A stretch of DNA of 64,000 bases from an uncultured Synergistales bacterium (GCA_964519285.1 CAZFJG010000001.1:664-64663), one strand, 5' to 3'. Positions 1 through 9,907 are shown, counted from the stretch's first letter. Notes: generated by a model not told the origin, from the sequence alone. Translations and numbers: made by a program.

Positions 1-271
1 AGACTGCATGGCTACAATAGGTCAGGTCGGCAATGTCGAGCATGAAAATGTAACCCTTGGCAAGGCAGGAAAGAACAGGTGGTTAGGTAAAAGGCCCCAC
101 GTCAGGGGAATGGTTATGAACCCAGTTGATCATCCCATGGGAGGCGGAGAAGGAAGAAGTAAGTCCAAGAAACATCCCATATCTCCATGGGGTACACCAG
201 CCAAAGGGTACAGGACTCGAAAACGTAAACCTTCAGACAGGCTTATTGTCCGCCGAAGGAACACGAAGTAA
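1..271 (+). CDS. rplB: 50S ribosomal protein L2 (uL2), C-terminal fragment; the 5' end lies upstream of the window
   Basis: The frame is open from nt 2 to the stop at 269-271. The translation contains the uL2 signature [16 protein letters not shown]...GYRTRKRK. rpsS follows, as in the S10 operon. Confidence 0.95.
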   Translation, partial: DCMATIGQVGNVEHENVTLGKAGKNRWLGKRPHVRGMVMNPVDHPMGGGEGRSKSKKHPISPWGTPAKGYRTRKRKPSDRLIVRRRNTK

Positions 272-293
272 GGGATTAAGGAGGGTACTTTAG

Positions 294-575
294 ATGGCTC
301 GTTCAACAAAAAAAGGTCCCTATGTTGATGTGAAATTGTTAAGAAAAGTTGAAGATCTGAATGAAACAGGTAAAAAAAGAGTAATAAAAACCTGGTCTCG
401 CAGTTCTACAGTTGTTCCGCCTATGATCGGTCATACCATCGCTGTGCATAATGGAAGAATTCACATTCCTATTTATATTAGCGAAAATATGGTTGGACAT
501 AAGCTTGGGGAGTTTGCTCCTACCAGGAAGTTCGGTAAACATGCCGGGCAGGAACGTTCATCCAGGGTTAGATAA
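294..575 (+). CDS. rpsS: 30S ribosomal protein S19 (uS19)
   Basis: 93 aa with KKGPYVD...HNGR...[13 protein letters not shown] aaggagg lies upstream. Operon position matches. Confidence 0.97.
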   Translation: MARSTKKGPYVDVKLLRKVEDLNETGKKRVIKTWSRSSTVVPPMIGHTIAVHNGRIHIPIYISENMVGHKLGEFAPTRKFGKHAGQERSSRVR

Positions 576-590
576 GGAGTGTGAGATCAT

Positions 591-923
591 ATGGAAGCAA
601 GAGCTGTAGCTAAGCAGGTAAGAATATCGCCTTTCAAGGTGAGGCAGGTTTTGCCACTTATAAAGGGGAAATCTGTTGACGAAGCGATGATTAACCTGAA
701 ATATAATCCCAAAAGGGCTGCCAGAGTAATTTCGAAAGTTCTTCAAAGTGCCGTAGCAAATGCGGAACATAATTATGGACTTGATCTGGAAAGGCTAAAA
801 GTTGTTTCTGCAACGGCCGACCAGGGCCCGGGGATGAAGCGTTGGCGTCCGGTATCTATGGGAAGAGCGCATCCATATCGTCATAGAACTTCCCATATTA
901 CAGTCACAGTGGCTGAAAAGTAA
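591..923 (+). CDS. rplV: 50S ribosomal protein L22 (uL22)
   Basis: 110 aa with RISPFKVRQV...SAVANAEHN...RWRPVSMGRAHPYRHRTSHITV. Operon position matches. Confidence 0.97.
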   Translation: MEARAVAKQVRISPFKVRQVLPLIKGKSVDEAMINLKYNPKRAARVISKVLQSAVANAEHNYGLDLERLKVVSATADQGPGMKRWRPVSMGRAHPYRHRTSHITVTVAEK

Positions 924-936
924 GGAGGGGTGATTA

Positions 937-1605
937 GTGGGACAGAAAGTTCACCCGATAGGATACAGGTTGGGAATAAACAAGGAATGGGAATCCAAGT
1001 GGTTCGCTGAGGGTAAAGCCTACGCCAAAAACCTTCACGAGGACCTGCGTTTAAGGAAATGGATCATGAATAAATGGTCTAATGCAGGCATTCCCAAGGT
1101 TGAGATCGAAAGAATAGGGAATGTTATCAGATTTTCAGTTTGGACCTCCCGGCCTGGTGTAGTTATCGGAAGAGGCGGCAAGGAAATACAGTCAGTCAAG
1201 GAAGAACTACAGAAAATGACTGGTTCTAAGATCATGATAAATGTTCAGGAAATAGCGAATGCTGATGTTGAATCCCAGTTAGTGGCAGAGAATGTTGCAG
1301 CAGGACTGGAAAGGCGCGTTAGCTTCAGAAGAGCCATGAAACAGGCTATTTTCAGAGCAATGAAATCAGGAGCAAAGGGAATCAAGGTTCAGTGTTCGGG
1401 AAGGCTCGGTGGAGCAGAGATAGCCAGGACTGAGTGGTATAACGAAGGTCAGCTTCCGCTTTCTACAATAAGGGCAGACATTGACTATGGTTTTGCAGAA
1501 GCCAAAACAATGTATGGTGTTATTGGTGTGAAAGTGTGGATATATCGTGACCGAGAAAACGAGAAAGCCGGTTCACAGAAACCAGGCAGGAAGGCAAGGA
1601 GGTAA
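937..1605 (+). CDS. rpsC: 30S ribosomal protein S3 (uS3)
   Basis: 222 aa with a GTG start after aaggagggg. Contains MGQKVHPIGYRLG and a KH domain (GRGGKEI). Confidence 0.97.
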   Translation: MGQKVHPIGYRLGINKEWESKWFAEGKAYAKNLHEDLRLRKWIMNKWSNAGIPKVEIERIGNVIRFSVWTSRPGVVIGRGGKEIQSVKEELQKMTGSKIMINVQEIANADVESQLVAENVAAGLERRVSFRRAMKQAIFRAMKSGAKGIKVQCSGRLGGAEIARTEWYNEGQLPLSTIRADIDYGFAEAKTMYGVIGVKVWIYRDRENEKAGSQKPGRKARR

Positions 1606-1611
1606 TTCTCT

Positions 1612-2034
1612 ATGCTTATGCCCAAACGCGTAAAATATCGTAAGCCACACAGAAGCCCACTACGCGGTAAAACCAAGGGAGGAGCAACGGTTTCTTTTGG
1701 AGATTATGGCCTTCAGGCTCTGGAATGTGGATGGATAACAGCAAGACAGATAGAGGCCACGCGTATAGCAATAACAAGGAAAATGAAAAAGGGAGGAAAG
1801 GTCTGGATAAGGATCTTCCCCGACAGGGCAATGACAAGGAAACCTCTTGAAACTCGAATGGGTAAGGGAAAAGGAAATCCTGAATACTGGGTAGCTCCGG
1901 TTAAAAGAGGAAGGATCATGTTCGAAGTGGCAGGAGTTTCCAGAGATGTTGTAGAAAGAGCTTTTACAACAGCTTCGCACAAATTGCCGATCAAGGTGCG
2001 TATTGTCGCCCGTGAAGGTGTTGGTGGTGAATAA
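1612..2034 (+). CDS. rplP: 50S ribosomal protein L16 (uL16)
   Basis: 140 aa with [14 protein letters not shown]...[12 protein letters not shown]...[14 protein letters not shown]. Confidence 0.97.
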   Translation: MLMPKRVKYRKPHRSPLRGKTKGGATVSFGDYGLQALECGWITARQIEATRIAITRKMKKGGKVWIRIFPDRAMTRKPLETRMGKGKGNPEYWVAPVKRGRIMFEVAGVSRDVVERAFTTASHKLPIKVRIVAREGVGGE

Positions 2035-2036
2035 CC

Positions 2037-2255
2037 ATGAATGTGAAGAATTTGAGAGATTTGACAATTGAGGAACTTGAAGAGAAGCACCTGGAGTATA
2101 AGGAAGAGCTTTTTAACCTCAGATTCCAGAATGCTATAGGGCAGTTAAAGAATACCAGCAGGATCAAAGATGTGAGAAAAACCATAGCAAGGGTCCTCAC
2201 CGTTCTTAAAGAAAAACAGCAGGCGGAACCTGTTCGCCAGCTCGGAAGGAGGTAA
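2037..2255 (+). CDS. rpmC: 50S ribosomal protein L29 (uL29)
   Basis: 72 aa with [12 protein letters not shown]...[14 protein letters not shown]. Lies between rplP and rpsQ. Confidence 0.95.
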   Translation: MNVKNLRDLTIEELEEKHLEYKEELFNLRFQNAIGQLKNTSRIKDVRKTIARVLTVLKEKQQAEPVRQLGRR

Positions 2256-2261
2256 TCTCTG

Positions 2262-2558
2262 ATGGAGGAGAGAACACCTAATCGAAAGACAAGGGTGGGT
2301 GTCGTTACCAGCGACAGAATGGATAAATCTGTAGTGGTAAGTGTATCCCGCTATACTGTTCACCCTCTTTACGGAAAAAGAATTACATTGAGCAAGAAAT
2401 ATCTTGCCCACGATGAAAACAATGAATGCCGTACAGGGGACACTGTTTCTATAGGAGAGGGAAGACCCATCAGCAAGAGAAAGAGTTGGAGCGTTCTCAG
2501 AATAATAGAGAGAGCCCCCCTGCTTGACAGTGAAACTTCTTCATCGAGGGAGGAGTAA
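2262..2558 (+). CDS. rpsQ: 30S ribosomal protein S17 (uS17)
   Basis: 98 aa with RKTRVGVVTSDRMDKSVVV...HPLYGKR...AHDENNECRTGD. Has a short acidic C-terminal tail. Confidence 0.95.
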   Translation: MEERTPNRKTRVGVVTSDRMDKSVVVSVSRYTVHPLYGKRITLSKKYLAHDENNECRTGDTVSIGEGRPISKRKSWSVLRIIERAPLLDSETSSSREE

Positions 2559-2561
2559 TCA

Positions 2562-2930
2562 ATGATTCAGCTTCGTACTACATTAAGGGTAGCCGATAAT
2601 TCTGGGGCTAAGAAGATCGAGTGCATTCAGGTTCTGGGAGGTGGAAGACGTCGCTGGGGAAGTATTGGTGACGTTATAGTCGGTTCGGTCAAGGAAGCCA
2701 TTCCCAACAGCAATATTGCTAAGGGGCAGGTTGTGAAAGCTGTCATTGTCAGGACTAAAAAGGAAGTTCGCCGCAAGGATGGTACTTACGTAAGGTTCGA
2801 TGATAATGCCGCTGTCATTATTGACAATAACGGTGATCCCAGGGGCACCCGAATCTTTGGCCCTGTAGCGAGAGAACTTAGGGCAAAAAAGTATATGCGT
2901 ATTCTTTCTCTTGCTCCGGAAGTTGTTTAG
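2562..2930 (+). CDS. rplN: 50S ribosomal protein L14 (uL14)
   Basis: 122 aa with [17 protein letters not shown]...[11 protein letters not shown]...[12 protein letters not shown]. Confidence 0.97.
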   Translation: MIQLRTTLRVADNSGAKKIECIQVLGGGRRRWGSIGDVIVGSVKEAIPNSNIAKGQVVKAVIVRTKKEVRRKDGTYVRFDDNAAVIIDNNGDPRGTRIFGPVARELRAKKYMRILSLAPEVV

Positions 2931-2943
2931 GAGGGCATTGGAA

Positions 2944-3270
2944 ATGGCAAAGATGAGAATAAAAAAAGGTGATCGGGTAAAAGTGATCTCGGGTAAAGAC
3001 AAAGGCAAGGAAGGCAAAATACTTAGAAATCTTCGCGACAAAGGTATGGTCGTCGTAGAGGGTATTAACATGGCAACTAAACATGTCAGGCCCACCCAGA
3101 GTAATCCTCAGGGGGGGATTGTCAAACAGGAATCTCCTATATATGATTCAAAGGTTATGCTCGTTTGCCCTTCATGCGGAGAGCCTACCAGAGTGAATCG
3201 CGCTTTTCTTGAGGACGGACAGAAAGTTCGCCTGTGCAAGAAATGCGGCGAAGTCATTGACAAGATTTAG
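2944..3270 (+). CDS. rplX: 50S ribosomal protein L24 (uL24), variant with a CxxC...CxxC motif
   Basis: The track ORF starts at 2911. ATG 2944 sits about 8 nt after ggaggg and gives [24 protein letters not shown] (KOW motif). The C-terminal part carries CPSC...CKKC. Confidence 0.93.
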   Translation: MAKMRIKKGDRVKVISGKDKGKEGKILRNLRDKGMVVVEGINMATKHVRPTQSNPQGGIVKQESPIYDSKVMLVCPSCGEPTRVNRAFLEDGQKVRLCKKCGEVIDKI

Positions 3271-3287
3271 TGAGGAGGCTTGAAGAC

Positions 3288-3830
3288 ATGACTGCGCGTT
3301 TTTACGAGAAGTACAGGCAGGAAATAGTCCCCGGACTTATGAAACAGTTCAAGTATAAAAATGTAATGCAGGTACCCAAGTTGCAGAAAATAGTAGTTAA
3401 CATGGGTGTCAGCGAGGCTAAAACTGATTCAAAGTATATGGATTCTGCAATAACCGAGTTGGAAAAGGTAACTGGACAGCATCCACTTGTGAAAAAGGCC
3501 AAACATTCCATAGCTGGCTTTAAACTTAGACAGGGAATGCCTGTTGGATGTATGGTAACCCTTAGAGGTGAGCGCATGTGGGAGTTTGTGGACAGGCTTA
3601 TTACTATTGTCCTTCCCAGGATCAAGGATTTTCAGGGTGTTTCGGAAAAAGCCTTTGATGGCAAGGGGAATTATAATCTTGGTCTCAAAGAGCAGCTTAT
3701 TTTTCCTGAAATAGATTATGACAGTGTAGCAAGAGTGAGAGGCATGAACGTTACATTTGTAACGTCAGCATCAAACGATGAAGAAGCTATGGCTTTATTC
3801 TCGGCTCTTGGAATGCCGTTCAGGCGTTAG
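3288..3830 (+). CDS. rplE: 50S ribosomal protein L5 (uL5)
   Basis: The track ORF starts at 3270 (GTG). ATG 3288 follows gaggagg at proper spacing. Contains [21 protein letters not shown]...[18 protein letters not shown]. Confidence 0.95.
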   Translation: MTARFYEKYRQEIVPGLMKQFKYKNVMQVPKLQKIVVNMGVSEAKTDSKYMDSAITELEKVTGQHPLVKKAKHSIAGFKLRQGMPVGCMVTLRGERMWEFVDRLITIVLPRIKDFQGVSEKAFDGKGNYNLGLKEQLIFPEIDYDSVARVRGMNVTFVTSASNDEEAMALFSALGMPFRR

Positions 3831-3846
3831 AAAGGGGGATATTAAG

Positions 3847-4032
3847 ATGGCAAGAAAAGCTATAGAAAACAAGGCTAAAGCAACCCCCAAATTCAAGGTA
3901 CGTAAGTATAACAGATGTCCCATTTGTGGACGCGTTCACTCGTACATGCGTAAGTTTGACATGTGCAGATGCTGCTTTCGTAAACTTGCACGCGAGGGTA
4001 AAATTCCCGGCGTTGTCAAGTCTAGCTGGTAA
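3847..4032 (+). CDS. rpsN: 30S ribosomal protein S14 type Z (Zn-binding, 61 aa)
   Basis: The track ORF starts at 3778, inside rplE. ATG 3847 follows aaggggga. Contains [11 protein letters not shown]...[22 protein letters not shown] (Cys4). Confidence 0.95.
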   Translation: MARKAIENKAKATPKFKVRKYNRCPICGRVHSYMRKFDMCRCCFRKLAREGKIPGVVKSSW

Positions 4033-4061
4033 AAGAGTGAGCTGAAAAGGGGGCTAATTTA

Positions 4062-4466
4062 ATGTACGTAAATGATCCCATAGCGGATATGCTTACCAGA
4101 GTTCGCAACGCGAACATGGTTTATCACGGGACAGTAGATATACCTCTCAGTAATATAAAGCTTGGCATCGCCAAGATTTTAAAAGAAGAAGGATATATCA
4201 GGAATTACAAGGTTATCAATGATCCTAAAAAACCATACTCAACATTAAGGATCTTTATGAATTACGGACCTAATAAGGAACGTATAATCCAGGGTTTAAG
4301 AAGAGTCAGCAAACCTGGTAGACGTATCTATGTAGGCAAGGATGATCTGCCCAAGGTTATGGGTGGTCTGGGAGTCGCTGTTATTTCAACGTCTCAGGGA
4401 TTGAAGACCGACGCTGACGCCGGCAAGCTTGGTTTAGGCGGAGAGGTCGTCTGTTACATATGGTAA
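4062..4466 (+). CDS. rpsH: 30S ribosomal protein S8 (uS8)
   Basis: 134 aa with [13 protein letters not shown]...[11 protein letters not shown]...GGEVVCYIW. Confidence 0.97.
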   Translation: MYVNDPIADMLTRVRNANMVYHGTVDIPLSNIKLGIAKILKEEGYIRNYKVINDPKKPYSTLRIFMNYGPNKERIIQGLRRVSKPGRRIYVGKDDLPKVMGGLGVAVISTSQGLKTDADAGKLGLGGEVVCYIW

Positions 4467-4481
4467 CGGGAGGTGTAAAAG

Positions 4482-5018
4482 TTGTCACGTATTGGTCGTA
4501 AAGCCGTTCCTCTTCCAAAGGGGACCAGCGTAACTATAAAAGATAATAAAATTATAGCCAAGGGGCCTAAAGGTGAACTGAGCACCCCTGCAGTACCAGG
4601 TATCAATCTGGAAGTTACTGAAACAGAAGTACAGTTCACCAGAGATAATGATGAAAAGAGGACAAAAGCTTTTCACGGTATGGTAAGGGCTTTGGTTAAT
4701 AACATGGTAACTGGAGTTTCTTCTGGCTTCGAGAGGAATCTTCAAATTGTCGGAGTTGGCTACAGAGCCCAGGTCCAGGGGGAAAATCTTGTTCTTAACC
4801 TCGGCTATTCCAATCCGATCGAGTACGCAATGCCCGAGGGTATAGAGATCGCAACAGATGGTCCTACAAAGATCAGCATTAAGGGTATTGATCGTCAGAA
4901 AGTGGGTCAGGTCGCTGCAGTTATCAGAGGGTTCCGCCCACCAGAGCCCTATAAGGGTAAAGGTGTAAGGTACGAAGGAGAACAAATAATCCGCAAAGCC
5001 GGCAAGGCCGGGGCATAA
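4482..5018 (+). CDS. rplF: 50S ribosomal protein L6 (uL6)
   Basis: 178 aa with a TTG start after gggaggtg. Contains SRIGRKAVPLPKG...GVGYRAQ...PPEPYKGKGVRYEGE. Confidence 0.96.
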   Translation: MSRIGRKAVPLPKGTSVTIKDNKIIAKGPKGELSTPAVPGINLEVTETEVQFTRDNDEKRTKAFHGMVRALVNNMVTGVSSGFERNLQIVGVGYRAQVQGENLVLNLGYSNPIEYAMPEGIEIATDGPTKISIKGIDRQKVGQVAAVIRGFRPPEPYKGKGVRYEGEQIIRKAGKAGA

Positions 5019-5040
5019 GATTAAGAGGTGAGTAACAATC

Positions 5041-5406
5041 ATGAGTATTCGCAGCCGGAATAGATCAAGGATGGTTCGTCACAAGAGGTTGAGAAGCAAG
5101 GTGGTTGGTACTGCAGATCGGCCAAGAATGGCTGTTTATAAAAGTCTGAATAACATATATGTCCAGTTCATTGATGATTTGGCAGGACACACTTTAGCTG
5201 CTTCTTCAACTCTTGAAAAGGATGTAAACGAAGGCCTTGAAAGCAGAACCAATATAGAGGCAGCTACCAGACTTGGTAAGACTGCTGCAGAAAAAGCAAA
5301 GTCAAAGGGAATAACAAATGTTATTTTTGATAGAGGTGGCCACAGATATCATGGCCGCATCAAGGCTCTTGCTGACTCGGCCAGAGAAGCCGGGTTGCAG
5401 TTCTAG
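5041..5406 (+). CDS. rplR: 50S ribosomal protein L18 (uL18)
   Basis: 121 aa with RHKRLRSKVVGTADRPRMAVYKSLNNIYVQ...FDRGGHRYHGRIKALADSAREAGLQF. Confidence 0.96.
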   Translation: MSIRSRNRSRMVRHKRLRSKVVGTADRPRMAVYKSLNNIYVQFIDDLAGHTLAASSTLEKDVNEGLESRTNIEAATRLGKTAAEKAKSKGITNVIFDRGGHRYHGRIKALADSAREAGLQF

Positions 5407-5421
5407 GGAGGAATGCTGATA

Positions 5422-5940
5422 ATGACAAACAAGGCAATTTCAGGCAATGGATCAGAACTCAGCGAAAGAGTTGTTGCGATTAACAGGGTCAGCAAGGTCG
5501 TTAAAGGTGGAAAGAGATTTAAATTCAGTGTTCTCGTAGTAGTAGGAGACGAAGAAAGCCGTGTCGGAGTTGGCATGGGCAAAGCCAAAGAGATCTCTGA
5601 AGCCGTTCGCAAGGGAATAGAAAAAGCATCCAAGGATCTTGTTGAAATAAAGAAGGTTGGTAGTACTATCCCCCATCCTATAACCGGAAGATACGGAGCT
5701 GCTCAGGTTTTGCTTAAACCTGCCGCGCCTGGTACTGGGGTTATAGCAGGAGGAGTAGTGCGTGCCATTCTTGAGTTGGCAGGAGTAAAAGACGTTCTTA
5801 CAAAGGTTGTAGGAAGAACTAATAACCCTGTTAATGTCGCAGGAGCGACCCTCGATGCTCTCATTAGATCGAGAACACCTGAAGAGATAATGACACTTAG
5901 AGGCAAAACAGAAAGCGACAGCGAAGCTGCCAGTGCCTGA
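5422..5940 (+). CDS. rpsE: 30S ribosomal protein S5 (uS5)
   Basis: The track start 5413 abuts the SD agggagga, so ATG 5422 has better spacing. Contains INRVSKVVKGGKRFKFSVLVVVGD...GTGVIAGG. Confidence 0.94.
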   Translation: MTNKAISGNGSELSERVVAINRVSKVVKGGKRFKFSVLVVVGDEESRVGVGMGKAKEISEAVRKGIEKASKDLVEIKKVGSTIPHPITGRYGAAQVLLKPAAPGTGVIAGGVVRAILELAGVKDVLTKVVGRTNNPVNVAGATLDALIRSRTPEEIMTLRGKTESDSEAASA

Positions 5941-5954
5941 GGAGGATCATGAAT

Positions 5955-6140
5955 ATGGCCAAAGTGAGCATAACATGGAAGAAAAGCTCTATTGGACGAC
6001 CTGAAAAACAGAAAAGAATTATTCGTGCGCTTGGTCTCAGGCGTCTTAACCAGACAGTAGTTAAAGACAACAGTCCGGAGATTATGGGGATGGTTAACAA
6101 AGTTTCTCATCTTCTCGAGTGGACTGTAAGTGATAGTTAA
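5955..6140 (+). CDS. rpmD: 50S ribosomal protein L30 (uL30)
   Basis: The track start 5949 is only 3 nt after ggagg, whereas ATG 5955 is 9 nt after it. Contains MAKVSITWKKSSIGRPEKQKRIIRALGLRRLNQTV. Confidence 0.94.
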   Translation: MAKVSITWKKSSIGRPEKQKRIIRALGLRRLNQTVVKDNSPEIMGMVNKVSHLLEWTVSDS

Positions 6141-6155
6141 ATGGAGGTATCGGAC

Positions 6156-6602
6156 ATGAACCTTAGTAACCTGCACCCCCAGCCAGGTTCCAGACGAAAG
6201 ACCAAAAGACTTGGCCAGGGCGTTGGAAGCGGATCCGGAAAGACCTCCGGACGAGGTCATAAAGGCCAGAAAAGCCGAAGCGGAGGAAACATTAAGCCGG
6301 GATTTGAAGGAGGCCAGATGCCTCTTTCAAGAAGAACTCCAAAGAGGGGTTTCAATAACAGGCGTTTTGCAACTAACTTCCAGTGTGTAAATCTTGGAAG
6401 TATTGCCAGCAAGTTTTCAGAGGGAGATACTGTAGGTATTAAGGAACTTTATGAGAGCAGGCTGGTCCGCAACTCTGGAAAACCTGTAAAGGTCCTTGCC
6501 AAAGGCGAGCTGGGATCAGCAGTTGTAATTCGTGCTAATGCGTTCAGTAAAAGTGCAATATCAAAGATAGAAGCTGCAGGTGGGAAAGCAGAGGTGGTAT
6601 AG
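6156..6602 (+). CDS. rplO: 50S ribosomal protein L15 (uL15)
   Basis: The track start is 6141. ATG 6156 lies 8 nt after ggagg (6143-6147). Contains MNLSNLHPQPGSRRKTKRLGQGVGSGSGKTSGRGHKGQK. Confidence 0.94.
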   Translation: MNLSNLHPQPGSRRKTKRLGQGVGSGSGKTSGRGHKGQKSRSGGNIKPGFEGGQMPLSRRTPKRGFNNRRFATNFQCVNLGSIASKFSEGDTVGIKELYESRLVRNSGKPVKVLAKGELGSAVVIRANAFSKSAISKIEAAGGKAEVV

Positions 6603-7895
6603 TTGCTTGATTCTGTAAGAGATGCTTTCAGACTTCCTGATCTAAAAAGAAGGATACTCTTTACAATTGGAGTTTTGTTCCTCTTTAGACTTGGAGCCCA
6701 TATACCGACACCCGGAATTGACCCGGATGCAATGGCTCAACTTTTTGAGGGTGGAGGCATCCTGGGTTTCCTGGATATTTTTGCAGGAGGAGCACTCAGA
6801 AGATTCAGCATTTTTGCACTTGGAGTTGCACCCTACATAAATTCAAGTATCGTAATGCAGCTACTTGTTGTAGTTATACCAGCTCTGGAAAAGATTCAGA
6901 AAGAAGGAGAAGAGGGCAGAAAAAAGATTGTCCAGATCACCAGGTGGGGAACCATATTTTTTGCCCTTATCCAGGCAGTAGGTCTCACATTCTGGATCGG
7001 CAGGGTAGGAATTTTTTCCGGTACTCTTTTTGATGGCATTGTAGTTGTTGTAACTGTTACTACAGGAGCTGTTGCCGTTATGTGGCTGGGAGAAGAGCTT
7101 TCGGATCACGGTATTGGTAACGGCATTTCCCTTCTGATCTTTGCCGGTATAGTGGCAAGGATACCTGAAGCCATGGTAAGAACCTGGAAAATGATTACCA
7201 TGGGAGAGGTTAATGCATTTGTAATGATTCTGGCATTGCTTCTTATCCTGGTTGTTGTAGCGGGATGTATCATGCTTCAGGAAGGACAGAGAAGACTTCC
7301 TGTTCAGTACGCAAAACGTGTTGTAGGGAACAAGATGTATGGAGGGCAAAGTACATTTATTCCGTTGAGGGTCAACCAGGCGGGAGTTATTCCAATTATT
7401 TTTGCTTCTTCTGTGCTTATGTTTCCCTATACCATCGCAAGATTTTTCAGCGGAGATATTGCAGCATTCATGCAGAGAATACTTGCTCCTGGAAGCATTC
7501 TTTACATGATTCTTTACGTTGCTCTTATCATATTCTTTTCATATTTCTATACAGCAGTCGTTTTCAATCCAGCTGATATTGCTAATAATATGAAAAAATA
7601 TGGAGGTTTTATACTTGGTATAAGACCAGGAAGACCTACGTCAGATTTTATTGAAAGAGTTATGTCCCGTATAACACTTGGAGGTTCCATTTTCCTTGCA
7701 GTTATAGCATTGATACCAACTCTTATGACCCAGATCATGGGTATTACAAGTTTTTACTTCGGTGGAACAGCAGTACTCATTGTCGTTGGAGTTGCCCTTG
7801 ACACTGTTCATCAGATAGAGGGTCAGCTTCTTATGCGTCACTATGAAGGGATACTCAAGAGACGCGATAAAACCGGCGGATTACTGAGATTTTAA
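6603..7895 (+). CDS. secY: Preprotein translocase subunit SecY
   Basis: 430 aa with many hydrophobic spans. The TTG start is directly after the rplO stop. Contains GVAPYINSSIVMQLL, and its position between rplO and adk matches. Confidence 0.96.
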   Translation: MLDSVRDAFRLPDLKRRILFTIGVLFLFRLGAHIPTPGIDPDAMAQLFEGGGILGFLDIFAGGALRRFSIFALGVAPYINSSIVMQLLVVVIPALEKIQKEGEEGRKKIVQITRWGTIFFALIQAVGLTFWIGRVGIFSGTLFDGIVVVVTVTTGAVAVMWLGEELSDHGIGNGISLLIFAGIVARIPEAMVRTWKMITMGEVNAFVMILALLLILVVVAGCIMLQEGQRRLPVQYAKRVVGNKMYGGQSTFIPLRVNQAGVIPIIFASSVLMFPYTIARFFSGDIAAFMQRILAPGSILYMILYVALIIFFSYFYTAVVFNPADIANNMKKYGGFILGIRPGRPTSDFIERVMSRITLGGSIFLAVIALIPTLMTQIMGITSFYFGGTAVLIVVGVALDTVHQIEGQLLMRHYEGILKRRDKTGGLLRF

Positions 7896-7910
7896 GAGGT
7901 GATATTTAAA

Positions 7911-8561
7911 ATGAGATGTATTTTGCTCGGACCGCCAGGTGCAGGAAAAGGGACTCAGGCAGCAGTTATCAGAGACAGATATAATGTTGCTCACATATCT
8001 ACGGGTGACATTCTTAGAAGTAACGTAAAGGAGAAAACAGACCTTGGGCAGAAGGCAAGTTCCTACATGGAAGCTGGAGAGCTTGTACCTGATTCTCTCA
8101 TCATCGAGATGATGAAAAAGCGACTCTCTCAGTCTGATTGCAACAAGGGATTCCTTCTCGATGGTTTCCCAAGAACGGTCAGTCAGGCAGAGGCTCTTGA
8201 CAGTCTTCTTGAAGATCTGGATGTTGAACTCGATGCTGTTATTCTTCTTGATGTTTCGGATGAAGTTGTTGTGGAAAGGCTTTCAGGTAGAAGGGTTTGC
8301 AGGAATTGTGGAGCTATATACCATATGAAAAATCATCCACCAGAAAAGGAAGGAATTTGTGACCTTTGTGGGGGAGAAATTTTTCAGAGAAAAGATGATA
8401 CTGAAGACGTTATAAGACAACGCCTTGGTGTATATCATCAGCAGACTTCGCCCCTTATTGAGTATTATCGGAGTTCCGGTAATCTCAAAGCAGTAAATGC
8501 TGAAGGATCCAGTGACAGTGTTCTCGCTGTAATAGAAGATCTTTTCGGGAAGAAGAAATAA
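7911..8561 (+). CDS. adk: Adenylate kinase (Zn-lid type)
   Basis: The track start is GTG 7899. ATG 7911 follows aagaggtga. Has the P-loop LGPPGAGKGTQ and the lid CRNCGAIYH...CDLCGGE (Cys4). Confidence 0.95.
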   Translation: MRCILLGPPGAGKGTQAAVIRDRYNVAHISTGDILRSNVKEKTDLGQKASSYMEAGELVPDSLIIEMMKKRLSQSDCNKGFLLDGFPRTVSQAEALDSLLEDLDVELDAVILLDVSDEVVVERLSGRRVCRNCGAIYHMKNHPPEKEGICDLCGGEIFQRKDDTEDVIRQRLGVYHQQTSPLIEYYRSSGNLKAVNAEGSSDSVLAVIEDLFGKKK

Positions 8562-9331
8562 TGATTACTTTGAAAAAAGATCATGAGATTCAAAAGATGC
8601 GTGTAGCCTGCAGAATTGTCAAAGATGTTCTGATGCTTCTTCATGAAAGGATCAAACCGGGTATCAGTACCCTTGAACTTGATGAATTCGCTGAAAACTA
8701 CATCAGAAAAAATGGTGCAACGCCTTCAGAGAAGGGCTACAGGGTTCCAGGGATACCAACACCTTTTCCATGTTCTATCTGTTCATCAATAAATGATGAA
8801 GTAGTTCATGGAATACCTTGTTCAGACAGGGTTCTTCATGAAGGTGATATTGTAAGCGTGGATCTTATGGCCTGTTTTGAAGGTTACCACGGCGATGCAG
8901 CCTATACGTATAAAGTTGGTAATATTAGTTCTGAAAGACAAAGACTGCTTGATGTAACCAGGGAAGCTTTGAACAGGGGTATTCAGGCAGCAGGACCCGG
9001 GAAGACTGTTGGCGATATCGGTCATGCTGTTGAAAGTTTTATATTTCCACAGTCTTTCGGCATAGTAAGAGAATATGCCGGACATGGACTTGGAAAAAAA
9101 CAGCATGAACCTCCCCAGGTCCCTAATTATGGACGTCCAGGTCGCGGTGTTACGTTAAAACCAGGTATGACCATCGCGATAGAGCCTATGATCATGAACG
9201 GTGAGGAAAAAGTCTACACTGGTACAGATGGCTGGGTAGTGCTTACTGCAGATGGATCAGATGCAGCCCACTTTGAGAAAACGGTTCTGATCACAGAAGA
9301 GGGAGTGGAGATTCTGACTCCCTGGGAATGA
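8561..9331 (+). CDS. map: Type I methionine aminopeptidase
   Basis: 256 aa with a TAATG overlap with the adk stop. Contains VVHGIP, DLMACFEGYHGD, GHGLG, IEPMI and HFEKTVLIT (metal-ligand motifs). Confidence 0.95.
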   Translation: MITLKKDHEIQKMRVACRIVKDVLMLLHERIKPGISTLELDEFAENYIRKNGATPSEKGYRVPGIPTPFPCSICSSINDEVVHGIPCSDRVLHEGDIVSVDLMACFEGYHGDAAYTYKVGNISSERQRLLDVTREALNRGIQAAGPGKTVGDIGHAVESFIFPQSFGIVREYAGHGLGKKQHEPPQVPNYGRPGRGVTLKPGMTIAIEPMIMNGEEKVYTGTDGWVVLTADGSDAAHFEKTVLITEEGVEILTPWE

Positions 9332-9337
9332 TCAGCC

Positions 9338-9658
9338 ATGGTCGTGGAGTTAAGTATCGGACAGGTCGTTATTTCCAGGAAAGGTAAAGATAAAGGCCGA
9401 TTATATGTTGTGACAGGTTTTTCTGAAGATGGCCGGTGTGCCTTTATCGCTGAAGGTTTAAAGTTTACTTTCAGCTTTCCCAAAAGAAAGAACAGGATCC
9501 ATCTTCAGGCTGTGAATATTTTCATTTATCTGCCTGAATATCAGGATGAACTGGAAAATAACAACATAACACGCGAGATTGACAACATAATCAGGGATAC
9601 TCTGGAGAACTTGAGAAAGACAAGGAGGTTGAACAGACCATATGGCCAACAAGGATGA
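9338..9658 (+). CDS. Small KOW-domain RNA-binding protein (the map-infA spacer gene typical of Firmicutes-like operons)
   Basis: 106 aa. The N-terminus [19 protein letters not shown] is KOW-like. The 3' end overlaps infA by 17 nt. Confidence 0.7.
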   Translation: MVVELSIGQVVISRKGKDKGRLYVVTGFSEDGRCAFIAEGLKFTFSFPKRKNRIHLQAVNIFIYLPEYQDELENNNITREIDNIIRDTLENLRKTRRLNRPYGQQG

Positions 9659-9863
9659 AGCAATACAAGTTCACGGGAAAGTAGTAGAGCCTCTTCCGAA
9701 CGCTATGTTCCGGGTCGAACTTGACAATGGGCATAAGATACTTGCACATGTTTCAGGTAAGATGAGAATGCATTTTATAAGGATACTTCCTGGAGACAGG
9801 GTGCTTGTAGAGATCTCACCTTACGATCTCACGAGAGGACGGATCGTCTACAGGTATAAATAG
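9642..9863 (+). CDS. infA: Translation initiation factor IF-1
   Basis: 73 aa with [43 protein letters not shown]...[15 protein letters not shown]. Confidence 0.97.
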   Translation: MANKDEAIQVHGKVVEPLPNAMFRVELDNGHKILAHVSGKMRMHFIRILPGDRVLVEISPYDLTRGRIVYRYK

Positions 9864-9877
9864 TTATTAGCAAAAAC

Positions 9878-9907
9878 TTGGATATATCAATTCTTTCGTG
9901 TTAATAT
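9878..9907 (+). promoter_or_regulatory. Candidate internal sigma-70-type promoter for rpmJ-rpsM-rpsK-rpsD-rpoA-rplQ
   Basis: -35 is TTGGAT (9878-9883), followed by an 18-nt spacer. The extended -10 is TGtTAATAT (9899-9907). It lies in the 84-nt infA-rpmJ gap. Pattern match only. Confidence 0.4.

Noticed and set aside
2583-6260. Long antisense ORFs inside the ribosomal protein operon (2583-3095, 4485-5042 and 5703-6260, all minus strand, 170-185 aa).
   Set aside because: They lie fully opposite highly conserved r-protein genes. Their translations are low-complexity, rich in S/L/P/T, with no recognisable motif, SD or promoter. These are typical shadow ORFs.
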